A DNA stretch of 64,000 nucleotides, taken from contig NW_027191462.1 of assembly GCF_011745625.1 (NCBI RefSeq), forward strand, positions 62,001 to 126,000, in the 5' to 3' direction. The stretch is from Cladosporium halotolerans (lineage: Eukaryota). The notes under the pieces are model-generated. The model worked only from the letters and a program-made list of their open reading frames with translations, did not search any database and was not told where the DNA came from. Position 1 is the stretch's first letter. Each line of letters starts with the position of its first letter. This document shows positions 22,565-36,079 of the stretch, in pieces. The position numbers were made by a program, and so were the translations under genes.

Positions 22565-23465
22565 GGCGGCGGAGGAGCGAAGGGTGCGAGAATGTGCCTA
22601 GGATACGGGTGTGGAAAATGCAAGAGAGGTTCTTCTGGTGGCAGCGGTGGGTAGGATCGAGTTCTCAGGCTCAGGCCAGCCGTTGTGAATGATTCGTTCT
22701 GTGCGACGGGGCAATTGCAGTAGTTTGATGGAGCGCTTGGTCAAGACGAGGTTACGTCACGCGAAGGCCGACGTCGACCCGGAGGGCGGAGCAAGGCAGA
22801 GAGGCGAAGCAAGCAGAGGGCCGACTTCCAAGAGACGGAGACAAGGAGCGCGGAGAGGATGGCAGCAAACGCTGGAATGCCGCGACGATACTGTACTCCT
22901 ATCTGAGCGTCGGTCGTCCAGTCGATGCGACGGTAGATAAAGACGATCCAGGCACCCGCCGCCCTCGACGCTGCGACACAAACACCCGTCACCCGTGGCA
23001 TCTGGTCCAATCATCCGCCCCACGCTACCCCTCAATCCTCACTTTGCCCACCAGACCAAGGGACGCCTCACACGCCCGACTCAGCGGCCGCACGCGCGTG
23101 TGCGGTGCTGCGAGTGATCGTCTCCTGCATGCCCGACTGCACACACTGCAGGTGTCACAGTGGCCGTTGAGAGTCTCACGCGCAACCAAGATGATCAGCT
23201 ACGGACTCACGGTCAACCAAGTCGGCGCATGCCTCGCAATCGGCTGGGCTAATCAGACTGCAGGCATTACTCAGAGGGGTGGTCAAAAGCAACGATGTTT
23301 TTTTATTATTATTATCTATGTGCAAGCCATGCTATGAACCACAAATGCAACAAATGCTAACGCCTGGAAGTAATGCTGCCAACCGTGAAAGACCGATAAC
23401 AATCAAGGAACCATGCTATGCCAGAAAACAAAACCAATCAACCCAAGACAATGCGACATCACCCC

Positions 23466-23894
23466 TCAGGCACCAACAAACTTCGCAATAGCATTGTAGT
23501 AAGCCCAAGCCTGGCAAACATCCGCATGGAAATCGCCGTGCTCGACCTTATTCGCCGGATTCAGCAGATCCAGCGACAACCGCATGAGCGCAAGGTTGCT
23601 GTTCTGCAGGCTCTGGGCCGCCTGGTCCTTGGTGCTCGGCGACCCGGGCGTGAAGATGGAGCAGGGCTGCGGGCCCTCGAGGGCGCTGATGAGGGGCGCG
23701 AATTGCTTGATGCCGTTCGAGTAGTCGGCCTTGAGGTTCGGGTTGTTCTGCACGATGTCGTTGGTGATGTTGATGATGGTAATTTCCATCGACTGGATTT
23801 CTTTCTGGTAGTCCTGTGTGCCGTTGGCGGGGACGGGACCCGCGAGGGCGGTGCTGGCGAGGGCCAGGGCGGTTGCGATGGTGGTGAACTGCAT
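23466..23894 (-). CDS. Small secreted protein (142 aa, 2 Cys)
   Basis: Signal peptide MQFTTIATALALASTALA/GP, good codon bias, and TATATAA on the minus strand near 24047-24053. Confidence 0.85.
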   Translation of the reverse strand: MQFTTIATALALASTALAGPVPANGTQDYQKEIQSMEITIINITNDIVQNNPNLKADYSNGIKQFAPLISALEGPQPCSIFTPGSPSTKDQAAQSLQNSNLALMRLSLDLLNPANKVEHGDFHADVCQAWAYYNAIAKFVGA

Positions 23895-24890
23895 GATTGC
23901 TCTTTGGTGGGTTTGAAGGTTGATTTGATGGGTGATGGCTGTGCTGTTGGCGAACGGTGACTTGGGGTTGCAGATGATGCTTGCTTTTGCTGTTTCGATG
24001 TGATGCTGATGTGATGATCTGCCTCAATGCTGGACACAATGACATCTTATATATTCGCATTTCAGCCTGTATCGACAACTGACGTTGCCCGATCACAACT
24101 GCAAGATCCAGCAATAGCAACATCTCACCAAACGTTTTCATCCGAATATCACTCGATCAGCTAACCGACCGCAGCTCGCCGCAACCCTCTACCCTCAGCG
24201 CACGACATCGTAAAGCTACACGACCAGCTGCCGACCCACGCATACGAAAAGTCTCATGTCCCGTACCAGAGGATAGCTCTGTCCCGAGTACGGGAGTCAG
24301 CAAACGATCACCTGACATCCCAAGAATAGCTGCGCGGTGACACCAGCCTCCCCGCCAACTGCGCCTCGACTGCGACGCGCCACGGCTTTTGACTTTTGCC
24401 AGCGTGCCTTTTCTATGTTGCTTTGCCATTACGATGTACCTTGTCGCGACGCCATCTCATGCTACTGCAGCCCTACGGCGTGCGGTGACGGAGTCGAGCA
24501 TGGGGTGCATTCAGGCTGAAGGACGAAAGCATGGGAAGTCTTTTTCTGGAAGACGAGCACTTGCACAGGCGTTTCTTCTCTGGGTCTGCGTGAGGGCGCT
24601 TGTCGAGCGGGTTGGCAGGCGTCTTTGCAGGGCGAATGGCAGCTGACCCTGTCGTCGGCATTCAGGCAGGCACTCCATCTCGACACCTCTCGAAGAAGTG
24701 CGGGCATCACCGCGACAGGCTGCTGAGCCAGCAGGCACGCGAGGCGTTACCAAGATATATCATACCAAATCCTAAGTCGTGAAACCATCTATCCCATACA
24801 CATCACTCATAACACCAAGCGCCTCGCTAGGCGAATCCGCGGCCCCTTGGGACCAAACGGGACCGAATCGATCCAACATCCACGGCGCAT

Positions 24891-25894
<1,004 letters not shown>

Positions 25895-26541
25895 CTAGCG
25901 AAGACTCCCTGTACAGAGGAGTCTGTAGGTAGAGAGGGAAGGCAGGTCGGGCGTCGCTTATGGCGCGTGGTCAGCAGAGAGCTTGACGGACGTGATTACA
26001 GAGCAGAGTATAAGTGGTCGGCGATGACGTCTTCCAGACGTGACAGACGAGCGGAAGTGAGAGCGATCAGAAACGAAAGTGGACGAATACTTATGAGACG
26101 AAGCGGGAGTATGCGGTGCCAGTGTCTTGTCGCAGACTGCGCGGCATGACGACGCCGGTGTATGCAGCTGGGAAAGGGAAAGGCACCTGGCTGGTGATCT
26201 GGGAGAGGAGTTGAGGGGGGCTGCAGGTGATGTGCATGGTCCGACGACGCCGACGCGCCGATCGGGGTTTGCTTCGCGACGACCAACACCACGGGACCAC
26301 CAAAACGAAAAATTCAGATCGCTGTTTTGCCACTTATCCCATCGTGAGCGAACAGCACCGAATTGCTATATTTGATCCGGAAGAGGCCAAATTATCCCTA
26401 CATCGGAAAACATAATACCGAAAGACAGTTCTCATCGATCGTTGAGCTGTAGACTGGAAATGGTATTTCGATTACATAGCATCGTCCGTTTTTAGATCAT
26501 TCATAACATCATTGCGTCTCGCTGCTTCCTCCAGAGCACAA

Positions 26542-27518
26542 TTAACCCTGGACCTCAAGACCACCGGTGACGTGCGTAGTCTCTCCGGTGGTGTAGGTCG
26601 AAGTCGCAAGATAGATGTAAGCGGTGGCGACCTCAACCGGCATACCAGGCCTCTTCTGCGGCGGTGCCTGAGTACCCAAACCCTCCAGATCCTCCGCAGA
26701 GGTGCCCTTGGTCGCAGGCTGCAGCGGCGTCCAGATGATGCCCGGAGCGACGGAGTTCACGCGGATGCCCTTGGGAGCCTGCTGCTGGGCGAGAGCGCGC
26801 GTATAGGCGGAAATGGCGCCCTTGGTGGCGGTGTAGTCGACCAGCGTCGGGTTACCCATGTAGCCGGCCACGGAGCCGGAGTTGATGATGACGGAGCCGC
26901 GGGGCATGTGGGGGAGGGCGTACTTGGTCATGGCCATCATGCTGATGATGTTCAGCTGGAAGGTGTTCTGGACGCTGTCTAGGTCGATGTTCTTGTGGTC
27001 GAGGCACATTTCTTGCATGGCAGCTGAGAGTGAATGTTAGCATGGCTGGAAAGGAAGAATTGGCACTACTGCGACGTACCATTGCAGACAAGAACATTCA
27101 GCCTGCCGTGAACCTTCATGTGCTCGTCGACGACCTTCTTGCAGCTCTCGTTCTGCTTGAGGTCGATAGCAATACCGTGGCCCTTGCGGCCAGCCTTCTC
27201 AATGTACTTGATCGTCCAGTCCGCGTCCTCTTGCTCTTCAGGCAGATAGCAGATGGTGACATCCGCACCCTCACGAGCCATCAGGATGGCCACTGATCGG
27301 CCAATGCCGCTGTCACCACCGGTGATAAGAGCGGCCTTGTTCTCAAGGAGACCACGGCCTTCGTATTCCTTCAGGTAAGGCTTGCCGTCATTATCCCAAA
27401 ACTCAAGCGACGTCCAAGCGGCTGGCGGGTCCATTTTGTTGTCAAGGCCAGCAGAGCCGGTCTGATCCTGTTTTTTGATCCATGTAGGGTAGGCGGTAGA
27501 GGGAGGTCCTTCAGACAT
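26542..27518 (-). CDS. Short-chain dehydrogenase/reductase (YhdF/YghA-like stress SDR)
   Basis: ALITGGDSGIGR and the catalytic YTATK, plus IRVNSVAPGIIWTPL. Intron 27024-27079 (GTACGT...GCTAAC...CAG). Confidence 0.92.
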
Positions 27519-28414
27519 GTTTGCGGTTGATTGGTATCGTGTGATTGGCTCTTGTTGCGGAAGGATAGGTGAATGGAAAGGGTATTGGAAGATAAATCTG
27601 GAAAGTATCGGGGTGATATATCACATCTTGTTCGTCTGGGCCCTGCGAGCAGACTCCTAGCGATCATATCTCATCATCAACCGACCCATCGCTCAATGTG
27701 ATGTCATGACGACGCAGAGCTCTTGCAGGCATGTACTTGCACTCCACTCCATTGGGTCCAGATTCTTTGCTATGAGAGCATGCTCACGTAGCGCCAGTGA
27801 CACTCCAGCATATCTTTGGTAATGGAGCGAGCTTTCTAATGTCTACCTGTGACCTAAAGAGCGTGACTAGAATACGAGTCAAACATGTGCTACCTTAAGG
27901 TACCTGGGATCTGTAGCTGAGGGCGGCGTTTGAAGGTGGCGTTGGATCGGCCCGTCTGCTCCGCTCGTCGATCAATCGATCGCATGTGACGAGAGCTGTC
28001 AACACCATATCCTCTACTTCATCTTTCAGCAAGGTCAACTTTTTGAACTCGCCCGAGAAATATCATGTTCAGGTTCTACTTGGTCAGGGTCCAGCAGCCG
28101 CCCGAATTCATCACTGCGTGTCATACATAGAACACCCTGAAACGTCAGCTGAAACTGTCGGCAACGGAGGGTGGTCTGAACATCATGGACAACATCTGTT
28201 TCTCGAACGCGACCCCATGTCTGCATCGGCGCTTTAGATGAGAGCACGCTTCGAATCTAGGTCGACTGGATGACCGCCGCTCATGCGAACGAATCACTGC
28301 AAGCGAAAGAGGTCTCGGTCTGGCCCTTACCACATTTGGGAGCTTTCTCTTGTAGCATGCAGCAACAAGAACAGCACAGCTGTGACCCAACACATCGAAT
28401 CAGCTTGATTCTCC

Positions 28415-28519
28415 GGTGAGATGGCCGAGCGGTCTAAGGCGCTAGCTTAAGGTGTTGTCTTCGGGCACTCCTACAATCGCTAGTCCGAAAGGGCGTGGGT
28501 TCGAATCCCACTCTCATCA
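28415..28519 (+). tRNA. tRNA-Leu(AAG) with a 25-nt intron (28453-28477)
   Basis: Acceptor stem GGTGAGA/TCTCATC, A box TGGCCGAGCGG, anticodon stem CTAGC/GCTAG around TT-AAG-G, long variable arm, B box GGTTCGAATCC, and downstream T runs (Pol III terminator). Confidence 0.95.
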
Positions 28520-29151
28520 ACATTCTCTTTTGTCCTTTTTGCGCACCATTGTCTCGATCGTGCGGCAGTCTGTGACTTGAGCTTCACCTACACAGCCTGT
28601 ACAGGAGACTACAGCATCCAGAACGGCTTCCAAGAAGGTTGAGATGCGAGGGATGAGGTGAAAATCGCAAAGCTTTCTGAAATGACAGGCATGCCAACCT
28701 TCTGCAGCAAATGGGCTCCAGGGTCATGCTCACGCTTCTAGACTTCATGGAGAATCGACTGCAGCGGCTACCTGAATCAATGATAGGGACTCTGGACGAC
28801 TATTCGACGAATAGCGATGTACGTGAACTACGTTGGGCTTCGACGGCGACAGCTTCGCTGGCATATCGACTGATCATCTCTGAGCTGGTGAGTTAACACT
28901 CGGGTGCTCCAGCTTGATACCTACTTGATTTCGCTTTTGACTTTTTCCGGTTATTACTGCGGAGGTTTGCCAAGTTGGGTTATAGTTCCATCAATGAGGT
29001 CGCTTTTCTGGTCCTAGTTTGAGTAGTCGCGGGCGCCTGTCTGCTCGAAATCTTTCACATCTATACACATACATACCTCCAGAAGAAAATCCCTAGAGGG
29101 ATGCAATCTCAATGATTGACGATCGAGCTCGGCAGAACAGCTGGCGTGAAG

Positions 29152-29637
29152 ATCTGATTAAGACCGCGGCCTGCACTGCAAAGCTGCCCATGGGACGAAA
29201 GCGGAAGTCGCCGGGATTCGGCTCCGATGTCGCGCGAAAACTATCAAGTCTCGGCTAACGCGACAAGGTTTGGGCAGAAGCAATGACAAGGCGGACACCG
29301 AAGCCTTGGCCTCGACTGTGATGGACCTAAGCAACGCCATGTTGAAAAGCAGCGGACTCGGAACTTGTTCTATTCGAGATCAAGCGCCGTTCGGTATGGC
29401 CGTAGTCCCACCAGCGTGCGAGGATGCCGGCGCATCAGGATGGGTGCGCTGCCTTCCATCGCTTGCCGATAGCTCGATCCCAACCGACACTATTTGCTCC
29501 CGTCGTTTAGGGCCGCTGCAAAGATTGACGGCAGGCGTGACCCTCACTACGCGCAAACCCTGTCGGAACCCAAAACAAAACGGCATCCCGCGACCCCTCG
29601 TCGTGCACATTTTTATCTTTTCCCCATCTAATCAGAT
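29152..29637. promoter_or_regulatory. Putative SreA/Fep1-type iron-responsive GATA sites
   Basis: ATCTGATTA at 29152-29160 (+) and 29629-29637 (-), each one mismatch from ATCWGATAA. AGATAA (-) near 29613. All lie upstream of a siderophore transporter. Confidence 0.5.
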
Positions 29638-29690
29638 TCTGCTCTTTTGCTTTACACTCTCACTACTGACCATTGTCGCACGCGGCTAAC

Positions 29691-31564
29691 ATGGGTCTCT
29701 TCGCACAGTCGAAGCACTCGCCTGCCGGCTCTGAGTCTGCCGACCCGGAAAAGGCGGCGCAGCAACCCAATGTCACGGCCGACGGCAAGTACGATAGCGA
29801 CAGCACCGACACCCAGAGTCTCGAAGCGCGCAACGAGAAGGAGATCCAGCAGCATCCTGATCAGGTCACTGCCGATGCTCATGTTGGTGTTCAGAAGGCT
29901 GAGGCTGCTGCCCTCGTCTGGAGCAAGCCTGCTCTGATCTTCATTTACGTCTGGTATGGCCGCTCCGTCTGCCCGTGTCGTCTGATGTTGGCTGACCTTA
30001 TCAATCTAGGGTCTGGATTGTAGTGTTCATGCTCGCTTTCCAGAGCTCCATGCAGCTGCAAGCCACTCAGATCGGCCTCGGTAGTCAATACTCACTTCCT
30101 GCCATCAGCACTGCGAGCATTCTTGGTGCAATCATTGGTGGTGTCCTCAAGCTGCCCATCGCAAAGACACTCAACCTCTGGGGTCGTGCTGAGGCATGGT
30201 TCCTCTTCCTTGGCGTGTACATCCTCGGAATCATCGTCTCGGCGTCTTTCCACGGCACCGCGGGGTACTCGGCAGGCTATACACTCTACTGGATTGGCTA
30301 CGACGCTATCTACCTGATCTGCGACATTTTCATCGCCGACACTTCTGGCCTCCGTAATCGTGCCTTCGGTTTTGCTTTCATCAACACCCCATTCATCATT
30401 ACTGCGTTCACTGGATCTCTTGCTATCCAGTCATTCCTGGACATTGCATCATGGCGCTGGACTGTCGGTGCTTTTGCGATCATTCAGGTCGTGGCGATGG
30501 CGCCTCTTGGCATCATGTTCAAATTCTATGAGCGCAAGGCTAAGAAGCTGGGCCTGTTCAAGAGCAGAGCTAGCGGTCGCACGGTTATGCAGTCCATCGT
30601 GCACTACTTCCACGAGTTCGATCTGGTTGGTGCCTTCCTCGTTATGGCCGCTTTCGTCCTTTTCCTGTTGCCCTTTAGCCTGCAAACCAATGCTAGGGTG
30701 ACCTACGGCAGCGGCGCTTTCATTGCCATGATCGTCGTCGGCCTCTTGCTGTTCCCCGTCTTTGCCGCTTGGGAGAAGTTCTTCGCTCGAACCCACTTCA
30801 TCCGCTGGGAACTCCTGAAGGAGCGCACCATCGTCGGCGCTTCAATGACCGCCATCGCAATTCAGTTCAGCTTCTACTGCTGGGACCAATATTTCAACCA
30901 GTTCCTTCAGGTCGTCTACGGCCTTTCTATCGCCGAGGCCGGGTACATGCTGAACTGCTACACAGTCGGCTCTTCCTTCTGGGGCGTTGTCTTCGGCTTG
31001 TGGCTCCGCTACTCCAGGCGCTTTAAGTATGAGTGCCTGTGCTTCGGCCTGCCGCTCGCCTTCCTCGGCGCCGGTTTGACGATCTACTTCCGCGGCCAAT
31101 CTGGCGGAGACGACATTGGATACCTCATCATGTGCCAGATCTTCATCGCCTTCGGCTGCGGCACTCTCGTCATTGGACACCAGATGGCCGCCATGGCCGC
31201 CTCCGACCGCGAAGGCGTGCCGATGGTCCTCGCCATGCTCGGTCTCTTCTCCAGCGTGGGCCAGGCCATCGGCTCCGCCGTCATCGCCGCCATCTACGCC
31301 AAGGTCTTTCCCGAGGCCATTTCCTCAAGACTTCCTGGCGCGAACGAGACTCTCGCCAACGAGCTCTTCCTCGGCGGTACCGTTACGCAGCTCACTTACG
31401 CCAACGGGACGCCGGAGCGCATCGCCTCGAACTATGCGTGGGGAGAGGTTCAGAAGTGGGGCGGTGTTTCCGCGACTTGTGTTCTCATCATCGCCATTCC
31501 TGGCATTGCTATGTGGAAGAACTACAGGCTCGACAAGCAGCAGAACAAGGGTACTGTCTTGTAA
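29691..31564 (+). CDS. MFS siderophore-iron transporter (MirB/Str/Arn-like)
   Basis: ATG 29691. GVQKAEAAALVWSK in exon 1. Intron 29954-30009. Motifs AK.LNLWGRAE, D.FIADTSGLRNR and FHEFD..G. About 14 hydrophobic segments. Confidence 0.92.
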
Positions 31565-31711
31565 AGAGGAGGTATGGCACTCGCGCCTTTGGAATTCTTT
31601 GCATATCGCTCGTTTTAATAGTGGGAAGGATGGTCTTTTCGACGCACACGAATCTAGAATTGCGCCTTCAGGGCAAACTGCTAGACTTTTGACATCTCTT
31701 TCATGGTGCTC

Positions 31712-32158
31712 TCACTTCGAACTGGCAGCTTCTAAGTCTTTGTCTCTACTTTCCCTCTCGCCCTCGGATGCCGATTCCAGCTCCCACACCAGAAACTTCA
31801 AATACTCCAAATGCACCATCTTTCCCACCGCTCCCAGCACAACCGCAAACGTCAAATACCCGTGTTGCCGCTCGCACACCTGCTCCGAGCCGCCACAAGC
31901 GCTGCAGATCCGCAGGAAGCTGAATCAGAGGGTTAGGATGGCGAGGCAGATTCTGTCATTGTGTTAGTCTCTGAGGAGAATGGGAAGGGAGGTGGATGGG
32001 GTGTTGGCGGATTTGAACATATGCCGGCTGGAGGGCGCGTGGACGTATTTGACCATTGGGTTGTTCGGATAGGTTCTGAGGGCTTTGGTGGCCGCAAGGC
32101 GGTCTTCCAGCGGTTGGGTGGAGAGGTCGGGGATGCATGATGGACGGGATAGGCGCAT
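31712..32158 (-). pseudogene. Possible small membrane-protein gene or pseudogene with a non-canonical splice donor
   Basis: Exon MRLSRPSCIPDLSTQPLEDRLAATKALRTYPNNPMVK is followed by ATACGT where GTACGT would be expected. Two branch/acceptor units follow. The 3' exon FLRICSACGGSEQVCERQHGYLTFAVVLGAVGKMVHLEYLKFLVWELE... ends at TGA 31712-31714. Confidence 0.35.
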
Positions 32159-32485
32159 TGTTGGGTCTCTTTGGGACTCTATGGGAGGGCATGGATGTTT
32201 CGGTGGCAAGGACTCACGGCACTTCAAGGGAGGTGTGCAATCTAGAAGTAATACAATCACGATGTCTGGAAACCACGTTTCTGCGAGTCTGCTAACCATC
32301 GTGCACACTTCAGTACATACGAAGAACTACCGAACGTTACAATATGTGATACTTCGGTCACTGCGCGGCTTCCTCTAGCTTGATCCTTCGGTGGAGTCGA
32401 ATTGAGACTACCAAACGCTAACGGCTTCAGAAATAACGTACCGGAGTCTCCTCTTCGTGATGAAGACTCCGGGACCTGTCGCCCA

Positions 32486-34059
32486 TCAAATATCATGTCC
32501 ACAAGAGCCCAAGTGGCGCTCGCCCTCAATAACGGTCCACGGGAAGAGCTCAGCCTCATCCATGGTGCCGATGTCACGCGTCTGAACGGTAGCCGTAGCA
32601 TTGCCCGAGGTCTTGGGAATGAGATCCTGACCATCAGTAGCCAATGTAGCAAGCACATGCGCCGCAGCCTTCGCATTGATCGTCAGCGTCGTCGGGTTAG
32701 AGTTGTTGTACGTGTCGCACGCCTGGTGGTAGCAGGGGTCCTGAGCGACACCCGTACCAGTATGAAGGCCACCGACAGGCTTGTTCAGCGTAGACATGAA
32801 AGAGGCATAGTCGCTCCCGCCGGTGAAGACGGCAGCCGTGACATTGACGCCTTTGCTCGTGAGGTGGTCGACGAACAGCCTCTCGATAACATCGGAACCG
32901 GCAGCACCGGCCAGGCCGTGAGTGCTGCCGTCGCCGTCGAAGACGCCAAAGTAGCCGCGCGAGACCATGTCGAAGTTGAGGTAGAGCAGGAGCTTGTCTG
33001 CTTCGGCGGTGTTGTTGATCTGGCTGGTGTAGAATCTCGATCCGACCAGACCGTTCTCTTCAGCGCCCCACCAAGCGAGGCGGATCTTGTTGCGGAACTT
33101 GAGGCGCTGGAGGCCGGCGAAGATCTCAAGGAGCAACGTGCTACCGCTTCCGTCGTCGTTGATACCAGCGCCGGCTTTGACGGAGTCGAGGTGGGCACCG
33201 AGCATGATCACGTTGTTCTCGTCGCCGCCCTTTGACTCCGCGAAGACGTTTTGGGTGATTCGCGTCTCGACAATCTGGGTGTGCTGGAAGTAAGCTTCGA
33301 TTTCTTCGCCGGCTTCCAGTCTGGCTGCGAGAGCCTCGCCATCGTCTTGGTTGATGAAACCGCTAGGTCTGTAACCAACTGGGTCAGGGGCAGAGAGAGT
33401 ACCTCCAGTGACGAGCGTAGGTACGTTGTTGTACAGAATGACATTGCTTGCACCGGCGGCAACGGCGGCACGAATACGACCGGCCAAAGTCGTGCCATCA
33501 GGACAAGTGCCACGCTGGACCAGCACGATCTTGTCCGTGACCTCCAGACCTTCATAACCGTCTGCACTGCAAGCAGCAGTGCCGCTTGGGCCAAGCGCGA
33601 GCGGTGCTGTCACACCTTCCTCAGAAGTCGAAGGTGAGTAAGTGGGTCCGAAGACGTAGTAGTCTTCGTCGCCTACGCGGAAAGTGATTGAAACGACATC
33701 GTTGTAGAGAGCTGGAAAGTCTTGAGTCCAGCTTTTGTACGAACGCGAGCCCGAGAGTTTGTCAAGAACATAGTCAACAGAGGCGTCGTATCCAGGGAGA
33801 CCGAAGGCTCTGTTACCGCCATTTGCAGTGGCGATCTCATCGAGACGCTCGAGGTTCTTCATCAAACTGTTTCAAATCATCAATATGAGGCCCGTTGGAA
33901 TGCGATTGTTGCTGGCCCCTACCCTCGAGTGGTGATAGAAGCTTGCAGTCCCTGAGACAGCGACTTCGCTTTGCCGCCTCCATGTTTCTGAGCAACGGTG
34001 TGAGGAGGGTAGCATAGTAGAGCTGCAGTAGATACTGCACCGAATAGAGAGTACTTCAT
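32486..34059 (-). CDS. Secreted M28 aminopeptidase (aminopeptidase Y/Lap2-like) with a PA domain
   Basis: Signal exon MKYSLFGAVSTAALL (ATG 34059). Intron 33867-33922. Motifs GNRAFG, GAHLDSV, GINDDGSGS, WWGAEE.GL.GS, YLNFDM, SDY and DPCYHQACD. Confidence 0.92.
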
Positions 34060-34753
34060 TGTGACCGACTACCGCAGCGTGTCAAAAGCGCATGCTCTCA
34101 CATGTTTGTGTGAAGCCGCTATGCTTATATATTCATTACTTTCCCAAGGCCGTGAGACAATCCATGCCAACCCCACAGAGGTCTTGTGTGCCATATTGCG
34201 AAAGTCTAGACATACGCATGTGGTAGATTGCTGGGCTTGTCGTTCCTATCAGAATGTAGACATTGCGGAGTTCCAAGAAGGCCAAGCCAGCTGCAGATGG
34301 AACCTTCCTATTGTGGGCGTAGCTTTGCGCTGGAATTGAGTATAGCGCTTGATAGCGACTAGGCACCTCGGTAAACCCTTGAATATGACTACGTTGATAC
34401 TGTGTTCCAATGAGGCCAATAGATGTGGCGAAGCGTGCTATTGGAAGAAGTTCAGACTAAGCCTGGCGTCTTGATTTGGATAATATACAGATTCTACCGT
34501 CGAACTCATTTGCGTGGTTCTCGTCTCTCATGATTAAATCGCATCAGAAACTCCAGTGTCTCGCCAATGCAGTAAGACTTCCTTACAGGGCTGCGCTCGT
34601 GTTGCTGTGAAATCCATTGTGAAAGCGTGTAAGGGTGTCAACTTCGCTCACAATGATGCGGAGTGATCGTCAGCTCATAAGATCCATCCCTCGAACGAGA
34701 GACGGTTATTCCCAACAATTGGGCAGCCATGGTAGATTAAATGTGCCATTGTT

Positions 34754-35596
34754 TCACTCTTTTTCATGGTGTTGCCATCCAAGTACCCGCTGGGCCTTTT
34801 CAGTCGTCCAGAACCCCTTGTTGCCGCTAAGATCGCCCTTAATGGGGACGTTAGGATAGTGTTTCTTGGCTAGCTCTTCGCTCGACATCTCCTGTGCTGT
34901 GGTCGGCGCATGCACGTTGAAGATTTCCATGCCCTCGTAGTTGTCAGATTTCTCCAGAGCAAGCAAGCATGCGCGAGCCGTAGCTTCAGGTCGCACCCAG
35001 CCCCAGAGCTGCTTCACGCCAGCGCCATCCCAGTCCGATGCATGGTGCTTGTTCACGTCCTCCCTTGTGGCTACCTCGTGGAAGCGCATGCAAGCGATTT
35101 TCATCCCAGGAAACCACTTGACGAACGACTTGGCTTGGAGCTCGGCTTCTGACTTGGCGAGGGCGTAAGCATCGGTCGGCGCAGGTATCGTCTCTTCGTC
35201 GATGGGAAAATACTCGAAGTGCAGCGGCTGGTTCGCGTAGGCGAGACCTATAGCGTTGACACTGCTTGCGTAGCAGACGCGCTTGATGCCGAGCTCCCCT
35301 GCAGCATGGAAGCCGTTGAATGCGCTGTTGACATTGTTGCTGTGCACGACAGCATCGCTCTTATTCACGGGATTGGGAATGGCGGCCAGATGGATCATGG
35401 CGTCGCAGCCTTTCAATGCGTTGAGGAAGCCCTCATAATCGCCGGCGGTGTCGGCAACCTTGGTGACTGATTTGGGCGTAGTTTTATCCTCGATTTCGCT
35501 GATGTCGATCTGAACGGTCTCGTGGCCTTGGTCCGCGCAGTGCTTGACCACGGCCGAGCCGACGATGCCTTTCGCTCCAGTAATGGCGATCTTCAT
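34754..35596 (-). CDS. NAD-dependent epimerase/dehydratase (extended SDR)
   Basis: KIAITGAKGIVG, IHLAAIP, ASSVNA and the YALAK catalytic motif. Confidence 0.9.
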   Translation of the reverse strand: MKIAITGAKGIVGSAVVKHCADQGHETVQIDISEIEDKTTPKSVTKVADTAGDYEGFLNALKGCDAMIHLAAIPNPVNKSDAVVHSNNVNSAFNGFHAAGELGIKRVCYASSVNAIGLAYANQPLHFEYFPIDEETIPAPTDAYALAKSEAELQAKSFVKWFPGMKIACMRFHEVATREDVNKHHASDWDGAGVKQLWGWVRPEATARACLLALEKSDNYEGMEIFNVHAPTTAQEMSSEELAKKHYPNVPIKGDLSGNKGFWTTEKAQRVLGWQHHEKE

Positions 35597-36079
35597 CTTG
35601 TGGTGCTGATGGGGTCGATGATTGTAAGATGGGCGGAGGTTGTCCGGCTATTATGTTCAAGAATACATTGCGAGTGAATGGCAGTGGGCCCGCAGATTAG
35701 CAGACGACCCTCCTCCCAACGATGATGTGACGTTGGCATGAAGGCATGGGATCTCATCGAAGACTGGACCTACCTGCATGACGTTTGTGCGAGGCGCGTC
35801 ATATTTGAGGGTGTTGTGTACCGCTGGGATCTGAAACCCAAAACTATGTTGCAAAGATTTCAAGGTGACGACTCGAAGACACTGAAGACTACAATCATAG
35901 CAGCATGATGGCGCGGATGACGGAAGAATGTGGAAGGGAACGAGGGGGGGCGAATGGTGGGAAAGCCGCCTTGGCCAAGACTCGCTCTTTGTGCGACGAA
36001 GCCGCCGCCCTGCAACCAACAACACGCGCTTCCGACAACAACCTCCGGCCAACATTCTCGTCATCCAACGAAAGCCTCA

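Noticed and set aside
27891..27902. 12-bp palindrome TACCTTAAGGTA
   Set aside because: A single short palindrome with no flanking element structure, compatible with chance.
28600..28920. Short ORF ending at a GTGAGT donor-like site downstream of the tRNA
   Set aside because: No continuing exon or recognisable product could be built. It may be a relic, but nothing supports that.
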